A stretch of DNA of 64,000 nucleotides from NCBI GenBank assembly GCA_030550515.1, contig JAUQPE010000018.1:3927-67926 (forward strand), given 5' to 3'. Every line of letters begins with the position of its first letter. Positions within the stretch are counted from its first letter, which is position 1. This stretch comes from Thermotogota bacterium (GTDB lineage: Bacteria; Thermotogota; Thermotogae; Thermotogales; Thermotogaceae). Position numbers and translations under genes: made by a program. A model generated the notes under the pieces. That model ran no database searches. It had not been told where the DNA came from and saw only the letters and a program-made list of their open reading frames with translations. Below are positions 50,825 through 63,500 of the stretch, piece by piece.

Positions 50825-51832
50825 ATGGGCGTGGAAAAGAAGGTGTTGGTCATCGTCGCCATGATAGCCTTCGTTTTGCTGTTTGGCACCCTCTCCTTTC
50901 ACAGAACGGAAGGGTGGTCTTACTTTGAATCCTTCTTCTTCACGATCATCACCGTGTCGACGGTGGGATACTCGCTTCCGGAAAAGGTTTCGCTCGCTGG
51001 AAAGGTGACGGCTGTGATACTCGTCGGCGCGGGCATCTCGATCGTGCTTTACGGTTTCACCACGTTGACCTCCTTCATCGTGGAAGGGCACATGAGAGAC
51101 TACATGAGAAGGAGGCGGATCGCGAAGATGATGGAGAAGATGAGAGACCATTTCATAGTCGTGGGGGCAGGTAGGACCGGCAGACACACCGTTGCCGAGA
51201 TAAGGAAGGCCAAAAAGCCTGTCGTGGTGATAGACGTGTCCCAAAGGGCCATCGATCTGCTCAGAACCGTGTTGGACGAGGACGTGCCGTACATCGTGGG
51301 GGACGCCACGGAAGAGGAGGTTCTGCTGAAAGCGGGCGTTGACAGGGCGAAGACCTTGATCATCACGCTTCCAGACGACACCAAGAACACCTTCGTGGTG
51401 CTCACCGCGAGGTCCTTGAATCCAAACCTCGAGATCATAGCGAGGGTGTCGGACAGAAAATCCTACAACAAACTCCTCTACGCCGGCGCAAGCAAGGTGA
51501 TCGTGACGTCACAGGTCACAGGTCAAAGGCTCGCCCAGATGGCCTTGAACCCATCGATGGTGAACTTCCTGGACGTTCTCTCCTTCGGTGGAATCCCGAT
51601 CAGGGTCGAGGAGATCCGCGTTCCAGAGGGGTGTCCCATCACGGGAAAGACTCTCGGGGAGTTGAACCTGTCGAGGAAAATCGGAGTGTTCGTCATCGCG
51701 GTGATGAGGGAAGGAGAGACCATCTTCAACCCCACCGGTGAGATGGTCATACTAGCTGGAGACAGGCTCTTGGTGATAGGGAAAGAGGAGAACTTTCAAA
51801 AATTGCACGAGTTGATGGGGACCGTGTTATAA
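50825..51832 (+). CDS. two-TM potassium channel with RCK (TrkA-N/TrkA-C) domains, MthK-like
   Basis: selectivity-filter-like TVSTVGYS, Rossmann GxGxxG (VVGAGRTG) RCK domain. Confidence 0.75.
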   Translation: MGVEKKVLVIVAMIAFVLLFGTLSFHRTEGWSYFESFFFTIITVSTVGYSLPEKVSLAGKVTAVILVGAGISIVLYGFTTLTSFIVEGHMRDYMRRRRIAKMMEKMRDHFIVVGAGRTGRHTVAEIRKAKKPVVVIDVSQRAIDLLRTVLDEDVPYIVGDATEEEVLLKAGVDRAKTLIITLPDDTKNTFVVLTARSLNPNLEIIARVSDRKSYNKLLYAGASKVIVTSQVTGQRLAQMALNPSMVNFLDVLSFGGIPIRVEEIRVPEGCPITGKTLGELNLSRKIGVFVIAVMREGETIFNPTGEMVILAGDRLLVIGKEENFQKLHELMGTVL

Positions 51833-51859
51833 TAGTTTAGGAAAAACTATGGTGTTCTC

Positions 51860-52004
51860 TCCCCAGGGGGAGCTCCTGACACCGGGGCTGAGAGGAGGGC
51901 GGAAGCCCTCGACCCCTCGAACCTGATCCGGGTAATACCGGCGGAGGGAATGGGGAGAGAAAAGAAGAGATCCCTCCGCCTGAAGCGGAGGGAAATTTTT
52001 TTGT
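51860..52004 (+). promoter_or_regulatory. TPP (THI-box) riboswitch with terminator expression platform
   Basis: GGGGCTGAGA…GAACCTGATCCGGGTAATACCGGCGGAGGGAA aptamer consensus; terminator CCCTCCGC-ctgaa-GCGGAGGG + AAATTTTTTT (51971-52004) competes with aptamer 3' strand. Confidence 0.85.
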
Positions 52005-52019
52005 GAGGAGGTCTCGCTG

Positions 52020-52775
52020 ATGAGAGACGTCACCATATCCAAGTTGATCTTGGACAGCTTTTACGGGAAGTTGAGGTCGTGCTTGGAACTGGACGTGGCC
52101 GTGGTCGGCGCTGGGCCGAGTGGCCTTGTGGCCTCTTACGAACTCGCAAAGAAAGGTTTGAAAGTGGCGGTCTTCGAAGAGAGGAATGTTCCTGGCGGTG
52201 GCATCTGGGGTGGCGGGATGATGTTCAACGAGATCGTGCTGGAGAAGGAAATCGAGGACTTTTTGAGAGAGCTTGGGGTGAGGTACTCGGAACGAGATGG
52301 GCACTTGATCGTGGACTCGGTCCACTTCGCTTCCGCCCTGCTTTACCGCGCGACGGAAAAAGGGGTGGTGGTGTTCAACAACGTCTCGGTCGAGGACGTC
52401 GCGATGAGGGATGGTCGGGTCTGCGGCGTCGTTGTCAACTGGGGCCCAACGAAGAGACTGGGTCTGCATGTCGACCCTATCACCGTGAAGGCGGAGTGCG
52501 TGGTGGATGGAACGGGACATCCGGCGAGCGTTGTAACGCTCTTGGCGAAAAGGGGATTGCTCCAGATGAAAACGGAGTTTCCGATGAACGCGGAAGAGGC
52601 GGAACCTTTCGTCGTGGAGCACACGGGAGAGGTGTTCCCTGGTCTTTTCGTCACGGGCATGGCGGTCTGCGCGGTCCACGGCGGTCCCAGGATGGGACCC
52701 ATATTCGGTGGGATGGTGCTCTCGGGCGTGAAGGTTGCCAGGATGATTAGCGAGAGATTGAAGGTGAAAGCATGA
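52020..52775 (+). CDS. thi4: thiazole synthase Thi4 (archaeal/sulfide-dependent type, His in place of the suicide Cys)
   Basis: FAD-binding [11 protein letters not shown] and [12 protein letters not shown] active-site segment. Confidence 0.8.
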   Translation: MRDVTISKLILDSFYGKLRSCLELDVAVVGAGPSGLVASYELAKKGLKVAVFEERNVPGGGIWGGGMMFNEIVLEKEIEDFLRELGVRYSERDGHLIVDSVHFASALLYRATEKGVVVFNNVSVEDVAMRDGRVCGVVVNWGPTKRLGLHVDPITVKAECVVDGTGHPASVVTLLAKRGLLQMKTEFPMNAEEAEPFVVEHTGEVFPGLFVTGMAVCAVHGGPRMGPIFGGMVLSGVKVARMISERLKVKA

Positions 52776-54100
52776 CCCAGATGGAGATGGCCAGGCTGGG
52801 CATCGTCTCCGAGGAGATGGAGAAGGTGGCGAAGGTGGAAGGAGTCGACGTGGAGACGGTCCGCCAGAAGGTGGCGCAAGGTAAGGCAGTGATACCGAAG
52901 AACAAACTCCACAAGTTGGAGAAACCCATGATCGTCGGAGAGGGCTTTTCCGTGAAAGTGAACGCCAACATAGGAACCTCGGTGGGCTTTTCCTCACTCG
53001 AAGAGGAGTTGGAAAAGGCAAAGGTTGCGGTGGAGTACGGGGCGGACTCCATCATGGTGCTCTCCACCTGGGGCGACCTCAGGGCGATGAGGCGTGCCAT
53101 AGTGGAGATGTCACCCGTTCCCGTCGGGTCCGTCCCCATCTACGACTCGGCCGTGAGGAGCTACCAGCTCGGAAAGAGCGTGGTGGACTTCTCCGAGAGG
53201 GACTTCTTCGACATGGTGATCGCCCACGCCGAAGACGGCATCGACTTCATGACGGTACACGTTGGGGTGACCAGACGAGTCCTCGAATATCTGAGAAAGT
53301 CCAAACGTGTCCTGAAGATCGTCAGCCGTGGCGGATCGATAATAGCGGGTTGGATGATAAAGAACAACAAGGAAAATCCATTCTACGAACACTTCGACGA
53401 ACTGCTCGACATCGCAAGAGAGTACGACATCACCTTGAGCTTGGGAGACGGTATGAGGCCGGGCGCCGTGGTGGACGCGGGCGATCCTCAGCAGTTCGAG
53501 GAGCTCTTCGTGATAGGAGAGCTGGTGGAAGAGGCCAGAAAGAAAGGCGTACAGGTGATGGTGGAGGGCCCTGGGCACGTGCCGCTCAACGAGATCGAGG
53601 TGCACGTGAAGTTGATGAAAAAAGCCGCGCGCGGCGCACCCATATTCCTTCTCGGTCCACTGCCAACGGACCGCGCCATGGGTTACGACCACATCGCCTG
53701 CGCGATCGGCGGGGCGTTGGCAGGATACTTCGGTGCGGACTTTTTGTGTTACGTCACACCTTCCGAGCACATCTCCTTACCCACGGTGGAAGACGTGAGG
53801 GAAGGCGTGATCGCCTCCAAGATCGCCGCCATGGTGGCCGACGTGGCTCGCGGAAACGAGAGAGCGTTGGAACTCGAGAGGGAGATGGCGCTCGCTAGAA
53901 GGAATTTCGATTGGGAGAAGATGTTCAAGTTGTGCGTTGGAAAGGACATCGCAAGGAAGAAGAGGGAGGAAAGGCCGTACCCGGACAGGGGATGCTCCAT
54001 GTGTGGTCCATTCTGCGCCATAAGGATAGCGGAGGAGTTCGCGCTTGAAACGGAAAGGGATCTCGACCAGTCTCATCAAAAGCAAAGCGTCATTGATTGA
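52772..54100 (+). CDS. thiC: phosphomethylpyrimidine synthase ThiC
   Basis: ThiC conserved core and C-terminal CSMCGPFC cluster. Confidence 0.9.
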   Translation: MTQMEMARLGIVSEEMEKVAKVEGVDVETVRQKVAQGKAVIPKNKLHKLEKPMIVGEGFSVKVNANIGTSVGFSSLEEELEKAKVAVEYGADSIMVLSTWGDLRAMRRAIVEMSPVPVGSVPIYDSAVRSYQLGKSVVDFSERDFFDMVIAHAEDGIDFMTVHVGVTRRVLEYLRKSKRVLKIVSRGGSIIAGWMIKNNKENPFYEHFDELLDIAREYDITLSLGDGMRPGAVVDAGDPQQFEELFVIGELVEEARKKGVQVMVEGPGHVPLNEIEVHVKLMKKAARGAPIFLLGPLPTDRAMGYDHIACAIGGALAGYFGADFLCYVTPSEHISLPTVEDVREGVIASKIAAMVADVARGNERALELEREMALARRNFDWEKMFKLCVGKDIARKKREERPYPDRGCSMCGPFCAIRIAEEFALETERDLDQSHQKQSVID

Positions 54101-54794
54101 CCAGCTTCCCGAAGCGGAAGTCTACGAACTGGGCTTCTTCAGACGAGAAGAGCTGGAAAAAGTCATCGGATCTTTCTCGGGAAAGAGGTTTGGAGTTCAC
54201 GCGCCCTTCGTGTTCAGGTACAAAAACCACCATCCCGCTCCGACGTCTTTGGACGAGAAAGAAAGAAGGGACACGTACTCCGTGAACTGGGAATGCGCGC
54301 TCTTGGCGAGGCGGATCGGCGCGGAATACGTCGTCGTTCACTTTCCGAGCGCCATCCAGAGGGAGAATTGGCTCTCGGTGTACGGGGAAGCCGTGAAACA
54401 TTTTGGAACCTTGAACGAGATCCTTCCCGTGCGCGTGGAGAACGTCTACGGGAACGACCACTTCCACACCGCGCGCGATTACGCTTCTTTCCTGAGAGAC
54501 ACCGGTTGCACGATGTGTCTCGACGTCGGCCACCTCCTCATCGATTCGAAGGTGTACGGTTTCTCCGCTAGAAAATTTGTGGAGGAACTTGCCGATCTCA
54601 TCAGCGAGGTTCACCTGTACTACGCGGACCTTCAGACGTACAAGCGGTGTCACCACGCGCCTTGGGGCGACTCCGAGGAATTCCTCGATCTTCTGGAATT
54701 TTTAAAGGGGTTCGACGTCGACTTCGTGATCGAAGCGACGCCGGAATGCGCGGACGGCCTTGAAAAACTCTTCTCCTACTGGAGGGATCTGTGA
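54045..54794 (+). CDS. xylose-isomerase-like TIM-barrel (sugar-phosphate isomerase/epimerase family) protein; start ambiguous (possible TTG at 54093)
   Basis: AP-endonuclease-2/XI-like metal-binding pattern (H…D…H…E); embedded in thi operon; ORF-track start overlaps thiC by 56 nt. Confidence 0.45.
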   Translation: MKRKGISTSLIKSKASLIDQLPEAEVYELGFFRREELEKVIGSFSGKRFGVHAPFVFRYKNHHPAPTSLDEKERRDTYSVNWECALLARRIGAEYVVVHFPSAIQRENWLSVYGEAVKHFGTLNEILPVRVENVYGNDHFHTARDYASFLRDTGCTMCLDVGHLLIDSKVYGFSARKFVEELADLISEVHLYYADLQTYKRCHHAPWGDSEEFLDLLEFLKGFDVDFVIEATPECADGLEKLFSYWRDL

Positions 54795-55990
54795 TGGTGC
54801 TCGTCGTGTCCGGGTTCGACCCGTCCGGCGGTGCGGGTGTCTTGCAGGACGTGAAGGTCCTCTCCCTCCTCGGGGTGAAATCGAACGCGGTGATCTCCGC
54901 TCTGACCGTTCAGAACACGCAAGCGGTTTTCTCCGTCAAGTTCAGGGAGTGGGAGGAGATGAGGGAAGAGATCGCCGTCTTGGAACCCCCAAAGGTCGTC
55001 AAGGTGGGCTTGGCGAGGCCGGAGGTCGTTAGAAGGCTCAAGGAGACCTTTCCAAATGCGATTCTAGTCTGGAACGTTGTGTTGAAGTCCTCCTCGGGGT
55101 TTTCGTTCCTCGATCCGAGGGAAGTGGACGGGTACACCGACTGGGCGGACTACGTGATCTTGAACTCCGAGGAAGCCAAGAGTTTGACCGTGAAGGAAAA
55201 CTTCGTGATCACCGGCGGTCATGAGGAAGGTGAGAAGGTAAGGGTGAGGTACAAAGGTTTCATATTCGAGGAGGAACGCGTGACGGGAGAATTCCACGGT
55301 ACCGGTTGCGCGTTCTCCAGCATGGTGGCGGGTTTTTTGGACTACGGCTATCCCGTGGAAGAAGCGATTAGGTCGTCCATGAAGCTTATGAAGAAGATCC
55401 TGGAGAGGTCTTCAGGGGAAGTGGAAACGGAGAAACTTGCCAGGGACTGGTTCAAACACGACGTGTTGGAAACGCTCAACGAAACTCTTCCCGAATACTT
55501 GGAGATCAGCCACCTCACGGTCCCAGAAGTCGGCCAGAACGTCTCCTACGCCCTGCCCTGGGCGAAGACCGAAGAAGAGGTGGGGAAGTTCCCCGGCAGG
55601 ATCAGGCTGAAGGAAGGCAAAGGCGTGGTGGTCTCCTGCGCGTCCTTCAAGGACAGGTCGCACACCGCGAGGATGACGCTCGAGGTGATGAAGCGCTTCC
55701 CGCACATGAGGTGCACCGTCAACGTGAGGTACCAACCAGAGTACGTGGAGAGGGCGAAGGCGAGGGGGTTGAAGGTGTACCGCCACGACAGGTCCCAAGA
55801 GCCGAAAGAGGTAAGCGAGACGGAGGGAGAGTCCCTCAAGTGGATGGTGAGAAAGGCTGTCGAGGTGCTTGGAACCGCGCCGGATATAATATACGATGAA
55901 GGTTGGTGGGGAAAGGAAGCCATGATCAGGGTGTTCGGTAGGGATCCGAAGGACGTGTTGAAAAAGATAAAACTCATGTTGGAGGGATGA
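54794..55990 (+). CDS. thiD: bifunctional ThiD (HMP/HMP-P kinase)-ThiN (thiamine-phosphate synthase, archaeal type) fusion
   Basis: N-terminal ribokinase-like ThiD motifs ([10 protein letters not shown]…[12 protein letters not shown]) followed by ~160-aa ThiN-like domain; GGAGGG RBS. Confidence 0.65.
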   Translation: MVLVVSGFDPSGGAGVLQDVKVLSLLGVKSNAVISALTVQNTQAVFSVKFREWEEMREEIAVLEPPKVVKVGLARPEVVRRLKETFPNAILVWNVVLKSSSGFSFLDPREVDGYTDWADYVILNSEEAKSLTVKENFVITGGHEEGEKVRVRYKGFIFEEERVTGEFHGTGCAFSSMVAGFLDYGYPVEEAIRSSMKLMKKILERSSGEVETEKLARDWFKHDVLETLNETLPEYLEISHLTVPEVGQNVSYALPWAKTEEEVGKFPGRIRLKEGKGVVVSCASFKDRSHTARMTLEVMKRFPHMRCTVNVRYQPEYVERAKARGLKVYRHDRSQEPKEVSETEGESLKWMVRKAVEVLGTAPDIIYDEGWWGKEAMIRVFGRDPKDVLKKIKLMLEG

Positions 55991-55993
55991 GAC

Positions 55994-56407
55994 ATGCCAC
56001 AGGCGGAGGGTAGGATATTCGATTTCAAAGGGCACGACGCCATCAGGACGGACTTTCTGGAGGCGATAGATTTCGACGGAAAAGACGAGTACATAAGGAT
56101 AGAGACGGAAGAGTTCTCGGCGGTCTGTCCCTTCTCGGGCCTTCCAGACATTGGAAGGGTGATCATCGAGTACTACCCGGACGGTGGAAAGATCGTGGAG
56201 CTCAAGTCCCTAAAGTACTACTTCGTCAGCTTCAGAAACGTGGGGATCTACCAAGAGGAAGCGACCAAGAGGATCTACGAAGACTTGAAAAGACTCCTCA
56301 ACACGAACCGTTTGAGGGTCACGGTGATCTACAACATCAGGGGCGGTATAAAGACGACCACGCAGATCGGAAGCTTGGGAGGGGAAAGAGATGGAAAGGA
56401 TGAATGA
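55994..56407 (+). CDS. queF: NADPH-dependent 7-cyano-7-deazaguanine reductase QueF (unimodular type)
   Basis: CPFSG nitrile-binding Cys and QueF motif [13 protein letters not shown]. Confidence 0.85.
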   Translation: MPQAEGRIFDFKGHDAIRTDFLEAIDFDGKDEYIRIETEEFSAVCPFSGLPDIGRVIIEYYPDGGKIVELKSLKYYFVSFRNVGIYQEEATKRIYEDLKRLLNTNRLRVTVIYNIRGGIKTTTQIGSLGGERDGKDE

Positions 56408-57029
56408 GAAACTCGTCCTGCTCACGAGCGTGTTCATCGCTTCGCTCACGATTTCCAACGTGATCGCCGGAAAGTTGGTGAACTTGGGCCCGTTCATCGT
56501 TCCGATCGCGGTTCTTTGCTATCCGATCACCTTTGCGATCACGGACATCGTCTCGGAGGTTTACGGGAAAAAGATGGCCCAGACAGTCGTTTGGGCAGGT
56601 TTCGTCGTTTCCATAATGCTTGTGGTCTACTCCGTCTTGACCGTTCGCTACCCGGCCGTTTCTTTCTTCAAGGACAACGAGGCGTACGTGAAGGTCTTCG
56701 GTTCGACCCCGAGGATAGTCTTTGCGAGCATCCTCGCCTACCTTCTCTCGCAAACCCACGACGTGTTGGCGTTCCACCTTTGGAAGCGCGTCACGAAGGG
56801 AAGTCACCTGTGGGTGAGAAACAACCTCTCCACGATGGTCTCGCAACTGATAGATACGTTTGTCTTCATAACGGTCGCGTTCGTTGGGACCGTTCCAACG
56901 GACACGTTGGTGCGCATGATCTTTTCTCAATACACCGTCAAGTTCTTCTTGGCCTTGTTGGACACCCCGTTCGTATACCTCGGCGTGAAACTCGTGAGCG
57001 GAAAGTGGGAAGTGAAGGAAATCATCTAG
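56391..57029 (+). CDS. queuosine-precursor transporter (YhhQ/DUF165 family)
   Basis: YhhQ-family multi-TM pattern; adjacent to queF. Confidence 0.7.
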   Translation: MERMNEKLVLLTSVFIASLTISNVIAGKLVNLGPFIVPIAVLCYPITFAITDIVSEVYGKKMAQTVVWAGFVVSIMLVVYSVLTVRYPAVSFFKDNEAYVKVFGSTPRIVFASILAYLLSQTHDVLAFHLWKRVTKGSHLWVRNNLSTMVSQLIDTFVFITVAFVGTVPTDTLVRMIFSQYTVKFFLALLDTPFVYLGVKLVSGKWEVKEII

Positions 57030-57958
57030 TCTTGAACCGAATAGGAATCGGTTCGCCTCGCCCGACCCTCAACCTGGAACCTCCTGAGGTCTTGAGATGG
57101 GAGCACCCCGAAGAAACTCTTGTAGTCCTTGCTGAAGTGGGAAAGGCTTTCATATCCCACTTGATAGGCCACGCTCGTCACGTCGAAACCTTCCAGGATT
57201 AGCTTCCTCGCCTCGCATAAACGCAGTTTCTTCAGGTACTGCAAGGGAGTCATACCCATCATCCTTTGGAAGTGTCGGTAGAAACTTGCGACGCTCATCC
57301 CCACAGAATTGGCGAGTTCCCTCACGTCCAAGTCTTTCGCGAAGTTCTTCTTCAGGTGCTCCACGGCCCTCATCAGTTGGTATCCCCTCGTACCCGCGAC
57401 CGCGATCTGGAGGAGCCTGTTCCTCTGCTCGCGCATCAGTAAGCGGTAGAGGATCTCCCGATGGACCATTGGAGCGAGAGTTGGTATGTGGTGTGGCTCT
57501 TCGAGCAGTTCCACCATCCTCCTGAAGGCGTCCAGCAGTTTCCCGTCGACTTCACCGACGGCTATGCCTTTGTAGGTCCGCATGTCTTCCCCGTCAAGTC
57601 CAAGATCGACGATCAACTCCGAAAGAACGGACACGTCTATCTCCAGCCTCAAACCGATGTAGGGCTTCTCCTTCGAGGCGTCTATCACCTGCGCCGTGAC
57701 CGGAAGGTCTACCGATGTTATCAGGAAGTGGTTGGCGTCGTAGACGTAGACCTCCTTCCCAAGGAAGACACGTTTTGCCCCTTGAAGGACCAAACACAAA
57801 CTCGCCGGGAGGATGTAACTCGTCGGTGCGGTGGCGTTATCGGATCGGCTCAAGAAAAGACCAGGAACTTGCGTTTTCACGAGCTCGCGATCCTCCAAGA
57901 GATTCAAGATCTTGTGAACCAAATAATTTCTGATCTCCTCGACGCGCCTTTTTGACAT
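57026..57958 (-). CDS. AraC-family transcriptional regulator
   Basis: C-terminal double HTH (…SFYRHFQRMMGMTPLQYLKKLRLCEARKLIL…SHFSKDYKSFFGVLPS). Confidence 0.8.
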   Translation of the reverse strand: MSKRRVEEIRNYLVHKILNLLEDRELVKTQVPGLFLSRSDNATAPTSYILPASLCLVLQGAKRVFLGKEVYVYDANHFLITSVDLPVTAQVIDASKEKPYIGLRLEIDVSVLSELIVDLGLDGEDMRTYKGIAVGEVDGKLLDAFRRMVELLEEPHHIPTLAPMVHREILYRLLMREQRNRLLQIAVAGTRGYQLMRAVEHLKKNFAKDLDVRELANSVGMSVASFYRHFQRMMGMTPLQYLKKLRLCEARKLILEGFDVTSVAYQVGYESLSHFSKDYKSFFGVLPSQDLRRFQVEGRARRTDSYSVQD

Positions 57959-58059
57959 TCCCTCTCACCCCACACTTAATTCTAAAACGGGATGAGAAAA
58001 TTGGGCAAACATTTGATAAAGCTTCTCTACCTTTCGGTTTCGATGGAGTGGTATATTGA

Positions 58060-59973
<1,914 letters not shown>

Positions 59974-59992
59974 GAGAAGGTGGGGGATCCAT

Positions 59993-60472
59993 ATGAAAGT
60001 TTTGATAGTCTATTACAGCTGGTCGGGGAACACGAGGAGGGTGGCCGAAACGATTCGAGAAGTTGTGGGAGGAGACCTCGTCGAACTCGTGCCGGAGGAC
60101 GCTTATCCGAAGTCTTACAAGGAGACCGTGGAACAGGCCAAAAGGGAGATAAAGGCGGGCTTCAAACCTCCGCTGAAGGCGAAGATAGAACGCATCGAAG
60201 ATTACGATGTGGTGTTCGTTGGCTCGCCGAATTGGTGGGGAACCATCGCTCCTCCCGTCGCGACCTTTCTCTCGCAACACGACCTTTCTGGAAAGATCGT
60301 GGTGCCGTTCTGCACTCACGGTGGGGGAGGAAAGCAGAGAGTGATAGAGACGATAAAGAACATGTGCCCGAAATCCAAGATTTTACTGGAACTCGCGGTG
60401 AGCGGGGATGGGGGAAAGGATCTCAAAGAGAAGGTCGAGCGGTGGTGGCAAACCCTGAAAACCCACATCTGA
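59993..60472 (+). CDS. flavodoxin-family protein
   Basis: FMN-binding loop YYSWSGNT and overall flavodoxin length/pattern. Confidence 0.7.
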   Translation: MKVLIVYYSWSGNTRRVAETIREVVGGDLVELVPEDAYPKSYKETVEQAKREIKAGFKPPLKAKIERIEDYDVVFVGSPNWWGTIAPPVATFLSQHDLSGKIVVPFCTHGGGGKQRVIETIKNMCPKSKILLELAVSGDGGKDLKEKVERWWQTLKTHI

Positions 60473-60498
60473 GCGCGCATCGTATTCCAAAACCGAAA

Positions 60499-60528
60499 GA
60501 GCCGGGACATCCCCGGCTCTTTTGTTTT
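60499..60528 (+). terminator. intrinsic terminator after the flavodoxin gene
   Basis: GAGCCGGG-acatc-CCCGGCTC followed by TTTTGTTTT; ends 13 nt before the first CRISPR repeat. Confidence 0.7.
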
Positions 60529-60541
60529 CACACCTCTTCTC

Positions 60542-63500
60542 GTTTCCATACCTCTAAGGTTCGATTGAAACGATCGAGCGAACACTTGAAATAACCAAAA
60601 AAGCTGGCATTTCCATACCTCTAAGGTTCGATTGAAACTGATGAAACTGAGCGATGTCGCAGAAGAGTTCGCAAAGATCGCGGGTTTCCATACCTCTAAG
60701 GTTCGATTGAAACTCGTTTCGACCGAAGAATTTCTTTCCATTCTCAATGCTTTCCATACCTCTAAGGTTCGATTGAAACCCAGCTTGAAGCGCTCGTCAG
60801 AAGAAGGCTGCTCCGCTTTCCATACCTCTAAGGTTCGATTGAAACTAGGGGTTATTGCGGCGGCGCATAAAAGTCAAATCACTTTCCATACCTCTAAGGT
60901 TCGATTGAAACCGTTGCCAGTTACCTCTTTTTATATGGAAAACCTTAGTTTCCATACCTCTAAGGTTCGATTGAAACTACGAATTGGAAAACGGAATCAT
61001 AATCTCAATACACGTTTCCATACCTCTAAGGTTCGATTGAAACTAAGAATGGACCAAACTTCTCAAAAAAAGATTATTGTTTCCATACCTCTAAGGTTCG
61101 ATTGAAACCCTCAGTCCTTCGAAAGCATCGCCCATGTGTCCTTGTTTCCATACCTCTAAGGTTCGATTGAAACCATTTTTCGGGGCCTCTGGTACCCCCC
61201 GGAAGACCCGTTTCCATACCTCTAAGGTTCGATTGAAACCGCGTGGTGGTGTCAAGAGAGCCTTCAGGAAATTCGCGTTTCCATACCTCTAAGGTTCGAT
61301 TGAAACTTGGAATAGACGCGTTTGTGCTTGTGCTGGTGTTTCAGTTTCCATACCTCTAAGGTTCGATTGAAACGAAATTGAGTGACTTGTTCATAAGAGA
61401 GATCGAGCTGTTTCCATACCTCTAAGGTTCGATTGAAACGCAAAACGAATCATCCTGTTGACTTGTCGTACATAAGTTTCCATACCTCTAAGGTTCGATT
61501 GAAACATAAAAAAAAGAAAAAATAATATCTTTTTTCTAAGCGCGCGTTTCCATACCTCTAAGGTTCGATTGAAACTGGGGCATTTTTGGGCGCGTTTTTG
61601 ACACAAAAAAGAGGTTTCCATACCTCTAAGGTTCGATTGAAACCCTTCCGCGGGCGCGGGGGGAGTACTACTACTTCATGTTTCCATACCTCTAAGGTTC
61701 GATTGAAACGCTATGATGGGAGGCGAAAGGGGGTGAAGAGAATGAGTTTCCATACCTCTAAGGTTCGATTGAAACTACTTAGTTGGGCACGAAGAGTTGC
61801 TATGTCTTCTTTGTTTCCATACCTCTAAGGTTCGATTGAAACGGTTAGACCCAGCATATCAGAAAAGAGTAATATTCGAGTTTCCATACCTCTAAGGTTC
61901 GATTGAAACGAGACGTTCGATACGATATGCCCCTCGCTTCTCGGCGGTTTCCATACCTCTAAGGTTCGATTGAAACTAGGCTTTACAACAACGCCCCCGT
62001 GCTCATAGATGGTTTCCATACCTCTAAGGTTCGATTGAAACTTCCGCGGACCCCCTCTTGCGCTCCTACCATTTTAGGTTTCCATACCTCTAAGGTTCGA
62101 TTGAAACCGCGCTTTCACACGCGCTTTCGCGCGCTTTCTCGCAGTTTCCATACCTCTAAGGTTCGATTGAAACCACGCGAGCGCGCGCGAACGCTGATGA
62201 GACGCGAAGTTTCCATACCTCTAAGGTTCGATTGAAACCAAGTTGGATCCGAGCTTTCAAAAAAAAGTGATATTGTTTCCATACCTCTAAGGTTCGATTG
62301 AAACTTTCCTTAACGTATTCTTTAAATAAATCCTCTTCCGTGTTTCCATACCTCTAAGGTTCGATTGAAACTCTACGTTTGCTTCTAACCTCGTTGCTTA
62401 TCTTCAGTTTCCATACCTCTAAGGTTCGATTGAAACCGCCATCTCGCGAAAGAAAAGGCCCGCATACGACATGGTTTCCATACCTCTAAGGTTCGATTGA
62501 AACTGACGCCTCCGATCCTCGTCAGTCCCAAGCGGGCGCGTTTCCATACCTCTAAGGTTCGATTGAAACCGATCATCATGTCTGGCAGGCCGCCGTAGCT
62601 TTCTCGTTTCCATACCTCTAAGGTTCGATTGAAACCACAAAGCGCGAGATTGTGAAAAAGGGAACAAAGTGGTTTCCATACCTCTAAGGTTCGATTGAAA
62701 CTCGTTTGGACGTCGAGGAACTCTTGCACGGAAAAGCGTTTCCATACCTCTAAGGTTCGATTGAAACGGTGAGGTCGTGGTGAGATTCTGCGCGTTCTGA
62801 AACACGTTTCCATACCTCTAAGGTTCGATTGAAACTCTCTCTCCACCACCCGCAGTAGGGGAACTTCACTCGTTTCCATACCTCTAAGGTTCGATTGAAA
62901 CGCTGAATCTAACATTTTTCGAACACGCTACCACCTCACGTTTCCATACCTCTAAGGTTCGATTGAAACGAAAAAAGGAACGAAGTGCGCGCGAAAGATT
63001 GTGAAGTTTCCATACCTCTAAGGTTCGATTGAAACAGAGATTCAAAAACATATACTCTTCGGAAACGAACCAAGTTTCCATACCTCTAAGGTTCGATTGA
63101 AACACAAAAATTCAGGGCGGCAAAATTAGCGGTGGGGTTGTTTCCATACCTCTAAGGTTCGATTGAAACCTTCTTCTTCTTCGTCGATTTCGAAATCATT
63201 TATTAGTTTCCATACCTCTAAGGTTCGATTGAAACAGAAGAAGGAACAATCAAAATCGTAGACTTCGAAATGTTTCCATACCTCTAAGGTTCGATTGAAA
63301 CTCAAAGCTCACCACCACATTTTCCAGCGTTTCTGCGTTTCCATACCTCTAAGGTTCGATTGAAACGCGGGCTGGGTTAAAGGCAGGACCTCAGGGCGGG
63401 ATACCTCGTTTCCATACCTCTAAGGTTCGATTGAAACAGATGAAGGAGGAAGACTCATGCACCAAGCGGTGCGAGTTTCCATACCTCTAAGGTTCGATTG

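Noticed and set aside
51837-53021. 394-aa minus-strand ORF rich in Pro/Arg/Ser
   Set aside because: Antisense to thi4 and thiC, both with unmistakable motifs and riboswitch control; low-complexity composition typical of antisense reading of GC-rich coding DNA.
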